Positions 1-16,533 of a stretch of 64,000 nucleotides of DNA are shown here, in pieces (position 1 is the first letter of the stretch; each line of letters opens with the position of its first letter). The notes beneath the pieces were generated by a model. It worked only from the letters and a program-made list of their open reading frames with translations. It was not told where the DNA came from and did no database searches. The stretch lies in assembly GCF_057098645.1 (NCBI RefSeq), contig NZ_CM169472.1; one strand, 5' to 3'. Both the position numbers and the translations under genes were made by a program.

Positions 1-296
1 GGCTGCGTTATGCCGATTCAGCCCGCGTCGTTAATGAGGCGCGCCCGCATTCCGATTTACCGTCAAAAGCTGCGGCGATGGTACGTGAAAACGTCATTGC
101 TCAGTTGGCTAATTTGCAAACTCATCCATCGGTGCGCCTGGCGCTCGAAGAGGGGCGGATCGCCCTGCACGGCTGGGTCTACGACATTGAAAGCGGCAGC
201 ATCGCAGCGTTTGACGGCGCAACCCGCCAGTTTGTGCCACTGGCCGCTAATCCTCGCGTTTGTGCCATACCGCTACGCCAACCGACCGCAGCGTAA
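1..296 (+). CDS. cynT: Cyanate-inducible carbonic anhydrase CynT, C-terminal part (5' end outside window; reading frame begins at base 3)
   Basis: Frame-3 translation ...[65 protein letters not shown]... matches the CynT C-terminus; followed by cynS and cynX as in the cyn operon. Confidence 0.85.
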
Positions 297-308
297 CCTT
301 ATTTTTAA

Positions 309-797
<489 letters not shown>

Positions 798-829
798 CAG
801 CCATGCGTAACCATCAAAAGACGTTCACG

Positions 830-1984
830 ATGCTGCTGGTTCTGGTGCTGATTGGTCTTAATATGCGACCACTGCTCACCTCCGTCGGGCCACTGCTACC
901 GCAATTGCGCCAGGCAAGCGGAATGAGCTTTAGCGTGGCTGCCCTGTTGACCGCTCTGCCGGTGGTTACCATGGGCGGGCTGGCGCTGGCCGGAAGCTGG
1001 CTTCATCAGCATGTCAGCGAACGTCGCAGCGTCGCCATCAGTTTGTTACTGATTGCCGTCGGTGCATTGATGCGTGAGCTTTACCCCCAAAGTGCGCTGC
1101 TGCTTAGCAGCGCACTGCTCGGTGGGGTGGGGATCGGCATCATTCAGGCAGTGATGCCTTCGGTGATTAAACGGCGGTTTCAGCAGCGCACGCCACTGGT
1201 GATGGGGCTGTGGTCCGCGGCTCTGATGGGCGGCGGTGGACTTGGTGCCGCCCTGACGCCCTGGTTAGTTCAACATAGCGAAACCTGGTATCAAACACTC
1301 GCCTGGTGGGCGCTGCCTGCCGTTGTTGCGCTCTTTGCCTGGTGGTGGCAAAGCACCCGCGAGGTCGCCTCTTCCCACAAGACAACAACCACTCCGGTTC
1401 GCGTGGTTTTCACTCCTCGCGCGTGGACGCTGGGTGTTTACTTCGGTCTGATTAACGGTGGTTACGCCAGCCTGATTGCCTGGTTACCCGCCTTCTATAT
1501 TGAGATTGGTGCCAGCGCGCAGTACAGCGGTTCCTTGCTGGCATTGATGACGCTTGGGCAAGCCGCAGGAGCTTTGCTGATGCCTGCTATGGCTCGCCAT
1601 CAGGATCGGCGCAAACTTTTGCTGTTGGCACTGGCGTTACAACTGGTGGGTTTCTGCGGCTTTATCTGGCTGCCGCTGCAATTGCCGGTATTGTGGGCGA
1701 TGGTGTGTGGGTTAGGTCTGGGCGGCGCGTTTCCGCTCTGTTTGCTGCTGGCGCTCGATCACTCTGCGCAACCGGCTATTGCTGGCAAGCTGGTGGCGTT
1801 TATGCAGGGGATCGGTTTTATCATCGCCGGGCTTGCCCCGTGGTTTTCTGGTGTGCTGCGTAGTATCAGCGGCAATTACCTGATGGACTGGGCATTTCAT
1901 GCGCTGTGCGTCGTTGGGCTGATGATTATAACCCTGCGTTTTGCACCAGCACGTTTTCCGCAGCTGTGGGTCAAAGAGGCATGA
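830..1984 (+). CDS. cynX: Cyanate transporter CynX (MFS), about 384 aa
   Basis: ORF 803..1984 is a multi-TM MFS protein; recognised N-terminus MLLVLVLIGLNMRPLL begins at the internal Met at 830. Confidence 0.88.
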   Translation: MLLVLVLIGLNMRPLLTSVGPLLPQLRQASGMSFSVAALLTALPVVTMGGLALAGSWLHQHVSERRSVAISLLLIAVGALMRELYPQSALLLSSALLGGVGIGIIQAVMPSVIKRRFQQRTPLVMGLWSAALMGGGGLGAALTPWLVQHSETWYQTLAWWALPAVVALFAWWWQSTREVASSHKTTTTPVRVVFTPRAWTLGVYFGLINGGYASLIAWLPAFYIEIGASAQYSGSLLALMTLGQAAGALLMPAMARHQDRRKLLLLALALQLVGFCGFIWLPLQLPVLWAMVCGLGLGGAFPLCLLLALDHSAQPAIAGKLVAFMQGIGFIIAGLAPWFSGVLRSISGNYLMDWAFHALCVVGLMIITLRFAPARFPQLWVKEA

Positions 1985-2013
1985 TGCGACGCTTGTTTCT
2001 GCGCTTTGTTCAC

Positions 2014-2074
2014 GCCGGATGCGGCCTACGTAGGTCACTGAATTTGTAGGCCTGATAAGCGAAGCGTATCAGGC
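2014..2074. repeat. REP-type palindromic element between convergent cynX and lacA
   Basis: gccggatgcggcctacg...gtaggcctgataagcgaagcgtatcaggc, the typical REP consensus. Confidence 0.6.
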
Positions 2075-2086
2075 AATTTTTATAAT

Positions 2087-2698
2087 TTAAACTGACGATT
2101 CAACTTTGTAATCTCTGAAATAATATTGCTTATCCCGGTCGTTTATTTCGCGAATAACCCGGCAAGGAACGCCAGCAGCCACGACGTTTGGTGGAATGTC
2201 TTTTATGACGACACTACCCGCGCCAATAACAGAATTATCCCCGATGGTGACGCCAGGATTAATGACCACATGACTTCCGATCCAGACGTTATTGCCAATC
2301 GTTATCGGAAAAGAGTACATCTCACCGTTTTTTCTCAATTCATGGTGTACAGGGTGTCCCGTAACGGAAAGAGTAACATTGGGTGCAATCAATACGTTAT
2401 CACCGATCGTTACCGTGTAGTCGTCTACAATGGTTAAATTGAAATTTGCATAAAAATTGCGGCCTATATGGATGTTGGAACCGTAAGAGAAATAGACGGG
2501 TGGTTCTACCCAGGCGTTTTCCCCTACCGTGGCAAACATTTCTTTAATCAGGCTTTCTCTTTTTTCAACTTCTGATGGATGCGAGTGATTAAACTCATAC
2601 ATTAACGTTTTCCCACGAAGTCTTTTTTCCGGTAAGCCTTCGCACATATCGGTAAATAGCTTGCCTGCTTTTATTCTTTCGGTCATTGGCATGTTCAT
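2087..2698 (-). CDS. lacA: Galactoside O-acetyltransferase LacA, 203 aa
   Basis: Hexapeptide-repeat acetyltransferase; recognised start MNMPMTERIKAGKLF is internal to the longer ORF 2087..2749. Confidence 0.93.
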   Translation of the reverse strand: MNMPMTERIKAGKLFTDMCEGLPEKRLRGKTLMYEFNHSHPSEVEKRESLIKEMFATVGENAWVEPPVYFSYGSNIHIGRNFYANFNLTIVDDYTVTIGDNVLIAPNVTLSVTGHPVHHELRKNGEMYSFPITIGNNVWIGSHVVINPGVTIGDNSVIGAGSVVIKDIPPNVVAAGVPCRVIREINDRDKQYYFRDYKVESSV

Positions 2699-2763
2699 TG
2701 CGATCATTCCGTTATGATATGTTGGTCGGATAAGGCGCTCGCGCCGCATCCGACATTAATTGC

Positions 2764-4062
<1,299 letters not shown>

Positions 4063-4068
4063 TTATTA

Positions 4069-7181
<3,113 letters not shown>

Positions 7182-7187
7182 TCACAC

Positions 7188-7250
7188 AACATACGAGCCG
7201 GACGCATAAAGTGTAAAGCTTGGGGTGCCTAATGAGTGAGCTGACTCACA
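7188..7250 (-). promoter_or_regulatory. lacZ promoter: -10 TATGTT, -35 TTTACA and CAP site
   Basis: Minus strand gctTTACActttatgcgtccggctcgTATGTTgtgtg; CAP palindrome ttaatgtgagtcagctcactcatta further upstream. Confidence 0.8.
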
Positions 7251-7265
7251 TTAATTGCGTTGCGC

Positions 7266-8348
7266 TCACTGCCCGCTTTCCAGTCGGGAAACTTGTCGTG
7301 CCAGCTGCATTAATGAATCGGCCAACGCGCGGGGAGAGGCGGTTTGCGTCTTGGGCGCCAGGGTGGTTTTTCTTTTCACCAGTGAGACGGGCAACAGCTG
7401 ATTGCCCTTCACCGCCTGGCCCTGAGAGAGTTGCAGCAAGCGGTCCACGCTGGTTTGCCCCAGCAGGCGAAAATCCTGTTTGATGGTGGTTAACGGCGGG
7501 ATATAACACGAGCTGTCTTCGGTATCGTCGTATCCCACTACCGAGATATCCGCACCAACGCGCAGCCCGGACTCGGTAATGGCGCGCATTGCGCCCAGCG
7601 CCATCTGATCGTTGGCAACCAGCATCGCAGTGGGAACGATGCCCTCATTCAGCATTTGCATGGTTTGTTGAAAACCGGACATGGCACTCCAGTCGCCTTC
7701 CCGTTCCGCTATCGGCTGAATTTGATTGCGTGTGAGATATTTATGCCAGCCCGCCAGACGCAGACGTGCCGAGACAGAACTTAATGGACCCGCTAACAGC
7801 GCGATTTGCTGGTGACCCAATGCGACCAGATGCTCCACGCCCAGTCGCGTACCGTCTTCATGGGAGAAAATAATACTGTTGATGGGAGTCTGGTCAGAGA
7901 CATCAAGAAATAACGCCGGAACATTAGCGCAGGCTGCTTCCACAGCAGTGGCATCCTGGTCATCCAGCGGATAGTTAATGATCAGCCCACTGACGCGTTG
8001 CGCGAGAAGATTGTGCACCGCCGCTTTACAGGCTTCGACGCCGCTTCGTTCTACCATCGACACCACCACGCTGGCACCCAGTTGATCGGCGCGAGATTTA
8101 ATCGCCGCGACAATTTGCGATGGCGCGTGCAGGGCCAGACTGGAGGTGGCAACGCCAATCAGCAACGACTGTTTCCCCGCCAGTTGTTGTGCCACGCGGT
8201 TGGGAATGTAATTCAGCTCCGCCATCGCCGCTTCCACTTTTTCCCGCGTTTTCGCAGAAACGTGGCTGGCCTGGTTCACCACGCGGGAAACGGTCTGATA
8301 AGAGACACCGGCATACTCTGCGACATCGTATAGCGTTACTGGTTTCAC
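7266..8348 (-). CDS. lacI: Lactose repressor LacI, 360 aa, GTG start
   Basis: VKPVTLYDVAEYAGVSYQTVSRVVNQASHVSAKTREKVEAAMAELNYIPNRVAQQLAGKQS...; the ORF track extends three codons upstream, the recognised start is the GTG at 8348. Confidence 0.96.
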   Translation of the reverse strand: MKPVTLYDVAEYAGVSYQTVSRVVNQASHVSAKTREKVEAAMAELNYIPNRVAQQLAGKQSLLIGVATSSLALHAPSQIVAAIKSRADQLGASVVVSMVERSGVEACKAAVHNLLAQRVSGLIINYPLDDQDATAVEAACANVPALFLDVSDQTPINSIIFSHEDGTRLGVEHLVALGHQQIALLAGPLSSVSARLRLAGWHKYLTRNQIQPIAEREGDWSAMSGFQQTMQMLNEGIVPTAMLVANDQMALGAMRAITESGLRVGADISVVGYDDTEDSSCYIPPLTTIKQDFRLLGQTSVDRLLQLSQGQAVKGNQLLPVSLVKRKTTLAPKTQTASPRALADSLMQLARQVSRLESGQ

Positions 8349-8383
8349 ATTCACCACCCTGAATTGACTCTCTTCCGGGCGCT

Positions 8384-8412
8384 ATCATGCCATACCGCGA
8401 AAGGTTTTGCGC
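8384..8412 (-). promoter_or_regulatory. lacI promoter (-35 GCGCAA, -10 CATGAT)
   Basis: Minus strand gaatggcgcaaaacctttcgcggtatggcatgatagcgcc, identical to the classical lacI promoter; the -10 overlaps the stop codon of the upstream GlxA-like gene. Confidence 0.75.
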
Positions 8413-9338
8413 CATTCGGCGGGGCTGACGCCGAAGTGAGATTTAAAATGCTGACGCCAGGTCACAGGTGAGAGAAAACCCACCTCAGCCGCTATCCGCT
8501 CAACGGGCAACTGACTGGATCCCAACAGTTCCTGGCTACGGCGTAAGCGTTCAGTAATGAGCCATTCGGCGATACTCGAACCGGTCGCTTTCATAAAATG
8601 GCGAGTTAATGTGCGGCGACTCATCATTACTCGCTGCGCCAGCGAGTCGAGATCATGCTGTTGCGCAATGTTTTGCCGCAGGTAATCCAGCAGGAGATTA
8701 ATGCGTTCATCATGGGTATTTTTCGGCACTGGTTGCTCAATAAACTGCGCCTGACCGCCAGTGCGATATGGCGGTACGACCATCCGTCGGGCAATATGGT
8801 TAGCATAGTCGCTGCCAAAATGTTGCCGAACAATATACAAACAGCAATCCAGCGCCGCGGCAGTACCGGCAGAGGTAATAATGCCGTCATCGTCTACGTA
8901 CAACGCGTTAATATCCAGATGTGTTTGTGGAAAACGTGCCTGAAATTCACGCTCGAACTCCCAGTGTGTGGCGGCACGCTTATTTTTCAGTAAACCTGCA
9001 TAGCCGAGCACAAACGTGCCCAGGCAAAGCCCGACAATCTGTGCGCCGTTATCCCGTGCGGTCGTTAAGGCTTCCAGCAGTTTTTGTGGCGGTTTTTGTG
9101 TAATTGTTCCCCAGTAAGGAATTATCACAATATCCGCCTGGATGACTGCGGTATAGTCATGGGTGGCGGTTACGGAAAACCCATCGGCAGAGTCCACGTT
9201 TCCCGGCTTTTCAGCGCAGATAATTACGTGAAAGTGTTTTTTCTCCGCCATTTTTTCGCTAAATACGATAAACGGTACGGAAAGGTGAAAAGGACTAAAA
9301 CCGGCAACGGCGATAATGGCAACAGTTAGCGGGCGCAT
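8385..9338 (-). CDS. GlxA-family transcriptional regulator (N-terminal DJ-1/PfpI-like domain, C-terminal AraC-type HTH), 317 aa
   Basis: N-terminus VAIIAVAGFSPFHLSVPFIVF is a class-I glutamine-amidotransferase-like fold; C-terminus ...RRTLTRHFMKATGSSIAEWLITERLRRSQELL... is an AraC-type helix-turn-helix. Confidence 0.8.
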   Translation of the reverse strand: MRPLTVAIIAVAGFSPFHLSVPFIVFSEKMAEKKHFHVIICAEKPGNVDSADGFSVTATHDYTAVIQADIVIIPYWGTITQKPPQKLLEALTTARDNGAQIVGLCLGTFVLGYAGLLKNKRAATHWEFEREFQARFPQTHLDINALYVDDDGIITSAGTAAALDCCLYIVRQHFGSDYANHIARRMVVPPYRTGGQAQFIEQPVPKNTHDERINLLLDYLRQNIAQQHDLDSLAQRVMMSRRTLTRHFMKATGSSIAEWLITERLRRSQELLGSSQLPVERIAAEVGFLSPVTWRQHFKSHFGVSPAEWRKTFRGMA

Positions 9339-9357
9339 AACACTCTTTATCTCCGAA

Positions 9358-10134
9358 TTAGAATGTCAACGTTTCACCATCTTCTGGTACGTTTACAAAT
9401 TCGATAATTTGATTATCTCTGGCGTATTCCTTGAGCGCATCACGCGTCAGCAAACAGTGGTTTACGGCCTCCATATGTGTCGCGACAATTTGCGCTTCTG
9501 GCAGGGTAAAATGTGTTTTGAGAATATCTTCTGCTCCCATAATTATCGCGCCATGCCCCAGAACATGCGCAAATCCGGCATTCAACACAACCACTTCTGG
9601 TTGGAAAGTTAGCATTGTAGCCTCGACGTCGTCACGCCAGAGGGTATCGCCAGCCAGATAGAGCGTTTTCTCTGTCGGGTGCTGGAAAACAACGCCGCAG
9701 GCTGCGCCTAAACGCTTCGCCATAGCCGGGTCGGCATAGGTGCGATCGGAGCCGTGCTGCCCTGTCGTTTTATGCAGAGTAATATCGCCAAATTTAGTCT
9801 CGTCGGTAAGTACGGTAAGATGCGTAAATCCCTGTTTATTCAGTGATTCAGCATCTTGCTCATTTTGCACATAAATCAGTTTATCTTTAGGGACGACGCG
9901 GGAGGCTGTTTCGTCCCAGTGATCTTCATGCAAATGGGTCACGATTAGGGCGTCAACGTTGAGTAACGTTGTTAAATCGCACGGTAATTCTACCGTTGGA
10001 TTGCGGATTTCTGCGCGTGCCGTTCCGGCAAAACCCGGATAACTTCCTTTAGGCGCGAGTAACGGGTCGATAAGAAATGTTTTGCCAGCGTATTGGATAA
10101 TTTGGGTGGCATTACGAATTTGCGTAATTTTCAT
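9358..10134 (-). CDS. Metallo-beta-lactamase-fold hydrolase, about 258 aa
   Basis: HxHxDH motif (THLHEDHWDE) and downstream His/Asp ligands; likely ATG start at 10134 (the ORF track begins four codons earlier at a GTG); 19 bp upstream of the GlxA-like gene on the same strand. Confidence 0.8.
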   Translation of the reverse strand: MKITQIRNATQIIQYAGKTFLIDPLLAPKGSYPGFAGTARAEIRNPTVELPCDLTTLLNVDALIVTHLHEDHWDETASRVVPKDKLIYVQNEQDAESLNKQGFTHLTVLTDETKFGDITLHKTTGQHGSDRTYADPAMAKRLGAACGVVFQHPTEKTLYLAGDTLWRDDVEATMLTFQPEVVVLNAGFAHVLGHGAIIMGAEDILKTHFTLPEAQIVATHMEAVNHCLLTRDALKEYARDNQIIEFVNVPEDGETLTF

Positions 10135-10248
10135 GATTTGCCCCACATCACAGTATTGATGTCATTAGCGTAGCGTGCAGCCCGTACTGTGCATGTGGGC
10201 AAATGGGCGAATAACGATGAGAATGGGCCAATTTACACATTGGCGTAA

Positions 10249-11082
10249 CTAGCGTAAATGCACGCCGCTTCGCCGTCCGGCCACCAGAATAGCCTGCGAT
10301 TCAACCCCTTCTTCGATCTGTTTTGCTACCCGTTGTAGTGCCGGAAGATGCTTTTCCGCTGCTTGTTCGATGGTCATTGCGCTCGCCATATACACCAGAT
10401 TCAGACAGCCAATCACCCGCTGTTCACTGCGCAGCGGTACGGCGATAGAGGCGATCTTTTCCTCCTGATCCCAGCCGCGGTAGTTCTGTCCGTAACCCTC
10501 TTTGCGCGCGCGCGCCAGAATGGCTTCCAGCTTTAACGGTTCCCGTGCCAGTTGATAGTCATCACCGGGGCGGGAGGCTAACATTTCGATTAATTCCTTG
10601 CGTTCTTGTTCCGGGCAAAAGGCCAGCCAGGTCAGGCCCGAGGCGGTTTTCAGAAGCGGTAAACGTCGCCCGACCATTGCCCGGTGAAAAGATAATCGGC
10701 TGAAACGATGGGTGGTTTCGCGTACCACCATTGCATCAACATCCAGCGTGGACACATCTGTCGGCCATACCACTTCGCGCAACAGATCGCCCAGCAGTGG
10801 GGCCGCCAGTGCAGAAATCCACTGTTCGTCACGAAATCCTTCGCTTAATTGCCGCACTTTGATGGTCAGACGAAAACTATCATCGGAGGGACTACGCCGG
10901 ACATATCCCTCTTCCTGCAGCGTCTCCAGCAGTCGCCGCACAGTGGTGCGATGCAGGCCGCTGAGTTCCGCCAGCAGCCCGACGCTGGCACCGCCGTCAA
11001 GTTTATTTAACATATTTAATAACATTAGACCGCGGGTTAAGCCGCGCACGGTTTTGTATTCCGTCTGCTCATTGTTCTGCAT
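10249..11082 (-). CDS. mhpR: IclR-family activator MhpR, about 277 aa
   Basis: MQNNEQTEYKTVRGLTRGLMLLNMLNKLDGG...; the ORF track extends to 11196, the recognised start is the internal Met. Confidence 0.92.
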   Translation of the reverse strand: MQNNEQTEYKTVRGLTRGLMLLNMLNKLDGGASVGLLAELSGLHRTTVRRLLETLQEEGYVRRSPSDDSFRLTIKVRQLSEGFRDEQWISALAAPLLGDLLREVVWPTDVSTLDVDAMVVRETTHRFSRLSFHRAMVGRRLPLLKTASGLTWLAFCPEQERKELIEMLASRPGDDYQLAREPLKLEAILARARKEGYGQNYRGWDQEEKIASIAVPLRSEQRVIGCLNLVYMASAMTIEQAAEKHLPALQRVAKQIEEGVESQAILVAGRRSGVHLR

Positions 11083-11114
11083 ATTAATTGACATTTCTAT
11101 AGTTAAAACAACGT

Positions 11115-11131
11115 TGTGCACCTGGTGCACA
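11115..11131. promoter_or_regulatory. Perfect palindrome in the mhpR–mhpA divergent region (candidate MhpR operator)
   Basis: tGTGCACCtGGTGCACa between mhpR and mhpA. Confidence 0.6.
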
Positions 11132-11272
11132 TTCGGGCATGTTTTGATTGTAGCCGAAAACACCCTTCCTATACTGAGCGCACAATAAAAAATCATTTAC
11201 ATGTTTTTAACAAAATAAGTTGCGCTGTACTGTGCGCGCAACGGCATTTTGTCCGAGTCGTGAGGTACTGAA

Positions 11273-12937
11273 ATGGCAATACAACACCCTGACATCCAGC
11301 CTGCTGTTAACCATAGCGTTCAGGTGGCGATCGCTGGTGCCGGTCCGGTCGGGCTGATGATGGCGAACTATCTCGGCCAGATGGGCATTGACGTGCTGGT
11401 GGTGGAGAAACTCGATAAGTTGATCGACTACCCGCGTGCGATTGGTATTGATGACGAGGCGCTGCGCACCATGCAGTCGGTCGGCCTGGTCGATAATGTT
11501 CTGCCGCACACTACGCCGTGGCACGCGATGCGTTTTCTCACCCCGAAGGGCCGCTGTTTTGCTGATATTCAGCCAATGACCGATGAATTTGGCTGGCCGC
11601 GCCGTAACGCCTTTATTCAGCCGCAGGTCGATGCGGTGATGCTGGAAGGGGTGTCGCGTTTTCCGAATGTGCGCTGCTTGTTTTCCCGCGAGCTGGAGGC
11701 CTTCAGTCAGCAAGATGACGAAGTGACCTTGCACCTGAAAACGGCAGAAGGGCAGCGGGAAACGGTCAAAGCCCAGTGGCTGGTAGCCTGTGACGGTGGA
11801 GCAAGTTTTGTCCGTCGCACCCTGAATGTGCCGTTTGAAGGTAAAACTGCGCCAAATCAGTGGATTGTGGTAGATATCGCCAACGATCCGTTAAGTACGC
11901 CGCATATCTATTTGTGTTGCGATCCGGTGCGCCCGTATGTTTCTGCCGCGCTACCTCATGCGGTACGTCGATTTGAATTTATGGTGATGCCAGGAGAAAC
12001 CGAAGAACAGCTGCGTGAGCCGCAAAATATGCGCAAGCTGTTAAGCAAAGTGCTGCCTAATCCGGACAATGTTGAATTGATTCGCCAGCGTGTCTACACC
12101 CACAACGCGCGACTGGCGCAACGTTTCCGTATTGATCGCGTACTGCTGGCGGGCGATGCCGCGCACATCATGCCGGTATGGCAGGGGCAGGGCTATAACA
12201 GTGGCATGCGCGACGCCTTTAACCTCGCATGGAAACTGGCGTTGGTTATCCAGGGGAAAGCCCGCGATGCGCTGCTCGATACCTATCAACAAGAACGTCG
12301 CGATCACGCCAAAGCGATGATTGACCTGTCCGTGACGGCGGGCAACGTGCTGGCTCCGCCGAAACGCTGGCAGGGTACGTTACGTGACGGCGTTTCCTGG
12401 CTGCTGAATTATCTGCCGCCAGTAAAACGCTACTTCCTCGAAATGCGCTTCAAGCCGATGCCGCAATATTACGGCGGTGCGCTGGTACGTGAGGGCGAAG
12501 CGAAGCACTCTCCGGTCGGCAAGATGTTTATTCAGCCGAAAGTCACGCTGGAAAACGGCGACGTGACGCTGCTCGATAACGCGATCGGCGCGAACTTCGC
12601 GGTAATTGGCTGGGGATGCAATCCACTGTGGGGGATGAGCGACGAGCAAATCCAGCAGTGGCGCGCGTTGGGCACACGCTTCATTCAGGTGGTGCCGGAA
12701 GTGCAAATTCATACCGCACAGGATAACCATGACGGCGTACTACGCGTGGGGGATACGCAAGGTCGCCTGCGTAGCTGGTTCGCGCAACACAATGCTTCGC
12801 TGGTGGTGATGCGCCCGGATCGCTTTGTTGCCGCCACCGCCATTCCGCAAACCCTGGGCAAGACCCTGAATAAACTGGCGTCGGTGATGACGCTGACCCG
12901 CCCTGATGCCGACGTTTCTGTCGAAAAGGTAGCCTGA
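11273..12937 (+). CDS. mhpA: 3-(3-hydroxyphenyl)propionate hydroxylase MhpA, 554 aa
   Basis: FAD-binding N-terminus [29 protein letters not shown]; first gene of the mhp operon. Confidence 0.96.
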   Translation: MAIQHPDIQPAVNHSVQVAIAGAGPVGLMMANYLGQMGIDVLVVEKLDKLIDYPRAIGIDDEALRTMQSVGLVDNVLPHTTPWHAMRFLTPKGRCFADIQPMTDEFGWPRRNAFIQPQVDAVMLEGVSRFPNVRCLFSRELEAFSQQDDEVTLHLKTAEGQRETVKAQWLVACDGGASFVRRTLNVPFEGKTAPNQWIVVDIANDPLSTPHIYLCCDPVRPYVSAALPHAVRRFEFMVMPGETEEQLREPQNMRKLLSKVLPNPDNVELIRQRVYTHNARLAQRFRIDRVLLAGDAAHIMPVWQGQGYNSGMRDAFNLAWKLALVIQGKARDALLDTYQQERRDHAKAMIDLSVTAGNVLAPPKRWQGTLRDGVSWLLNYLPPVKRYFLEMRFKPMPQYYGGALVREGEAKHSPVGKMFIQPKVTLENGDVTLLDNAIGANFAVIGWGCNPLWGMSDEQIQQWRALGTRFIQVVPEVQIHTAQDNHDGVLRVGDTQGRLRSWFAQHNASLVVMRPDRFVAATAIPQTLGKTLNKLASVMTLTRPDADVSVEKVA

Positions 12938-12938
12938 T

Positions 12939-13883
12939 ATGCACGCTTATCTTCATTGTCTTTCCCACTCGCCGCTGGTGGGGTATGTCGACCCGGCACA
13001 AGAGGTACTCGATGAGGTCAATGGCGTGATTGCCAGCGCCCGCGAGCGTATTGCGGCTTTCTCCCCTGAACTGGTGGTGCTGTTTGCGCCAGATCACTAC
13101 AACGGCTTTTTCTATGACGTGATGCCACCGTTCTGTTTAGGCGTTGGAGCGACGGCAATTGGTGATTTCGGCAGTGCGGCAGGAGAGCTGCCCGTGCCTG
13201 TGGAGCTGGCGGAGGCCTGTGCGCATGCCGTCATGAAGAGCGGGATCGATCTTGCCGTTTCTTACTGTATGCAGGTGGACCACGGGTTCGCCCAGCCGCT
13301 GGAGTTCCTGCTCGGTGGGCTGGATAAGGTGCCAGTTCTGCCTGTGTTCATCAACGGTGTCGCCACGCCGCTGCCCGGTTTCCAGCGTACCCGCATGTTG
13401 GGTGAAGCCATTGGACGTTTCACCAGCACTCTCAATAAACGCGTGCTGTTCCTGGGTTCCGGTGGGCTTTCCCATCAGCCGCCGGTGCCTGAACTGGCGA
13501 AAGCCGATGCCCATATGCGCGACCGTCTGTTGGGGAGCGGGAAAGATTTACCCGCCAGTGAGCGCGAATTGCGTCAGCAACGGGTGATTAGCGCCGCTGA
13601 GAAGTTTGTTGAGGATCAGAGAACTCTGCATCCGCTCAACCCGATTTGGGATAACCAGTTCATGACTTTGCTGGAGCAGGGACGCATACAGGAACTGGAT
13701 GCCGTCAGTAACGAAGAGCTTTCCGCCATTGCCGGAAAGTCGACACATGAAATCAAAACCTGGGTCGCCGCTTTTGCCGCTATTTCTGCATTTGGCAACT
13801 GGCGTAGCGAAGGGCGTTATTACCGCCCAATCCCGGAGTGGATTGCCGGATTTGGCTCGTTAAGCGCCAGAACAGAGAACTGA
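12939..13883 (+). CDS. mhpB: 2,3-dihydroxyphenylpropionate 1,2-dioxygenase MhpB, 314 aa
   Basis: [19 protein letters not shown]...; extradiol dioxygenase in operon position. Confidence 0.96.
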
Positions 13884-13900
13884 ATTTGCAGGAGAAGATG

Positions 13901-14767
13901 ATGAGTTATCAGCCACAAACCGAAGCCGCCACCAGCCGTTTTCTGAATGTAGAAGAAGCGGGTAAAACGCTGCGCATCCATTTTAATGACTGCGGACAAG
14001 GCGACGAAACCGTTGTCCTGCTGCATGGTTCCGGCCCGGGTGCTACTGGCTGGGCGAACTTCAGCCGCAATATCGATCCGCTGGTAGAGGCGGGCTATCG
14101 GGTGATCCTACTGGATTGTCCGGGTTGGGGCAAGAGCGATTCGATCGTTAATAGTGGTTCACGATCGGATCTTAATGCGCGCATCCTGAAAAGTGTGGTG
14201 GATCAACTGGATATCGCCAAAATCCACCTGTTGGGCAACTCGATGGGCGGCCATAGTTCTGTGGCGTTCACCCTTAACTGGCCGGAGCGCGTCGGCAAAC
14301 TGGTGCTGATGGGCGGCGGTACGGGCGGCATGAGTTTGTTTACGCCGATGCCAACCGAAGGTATTAAGCGACTGAATCAGCTTTATCGTCAGCCGACTAT
14401 CGAAAACCTGAAACTGATGATGGATATCTTCGTTTTTGATACCAGCGATTTGACCGACGCCCTGTTTGAAGCGCGCCTGAATAATATGCTGTCGCGCCGC
14501 GATCACCTGGAAAACTTCGTTAAGAGCCTGGAAGCCAATCCGAAACAGTTCCCTGATTTTGGCCCACGTCTGGCGGAAATCAAAGCGCAAACCCTGATTG
14601 TCTGGGGGCGCAACGACCGCTTTGTGCCGATGGATGCGGGGCTGCGTCTACTGTCCGGCATTGCTGGTTCTGAACTGCATATCTTCCGCGACTGTGGTCA
14701 CTGGGCGCAGTGGGAACATGCCGATGCTTTCAATCAACTGGTGCTGAATTTCCTCGCACGTGCTTAA
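13901..14767 (+). CDS. mhpC: 2-hydroxy-6-ketonona-2,4-dienedioate hydrolase MhpC, 288 aa
   Basis: Alpha/beta hydrolase with GNSMGG nucleophile motif; start [14 protein letters not shown] preceded by RBS caggagaag; the ORF track extends upstream to 13838. Confidence 0.93.

Positions 14768-16529
<1,762 letters not shown>

Positions 16530-16533
<4 letters not shown>

Noticed and set aside
11207-11734. 175-aa ORF antisense to the mhpA 5' region
   Set aside because: Overlaps the mhpR–mhpA promoter and the mhpA coding region; no supporting signals.
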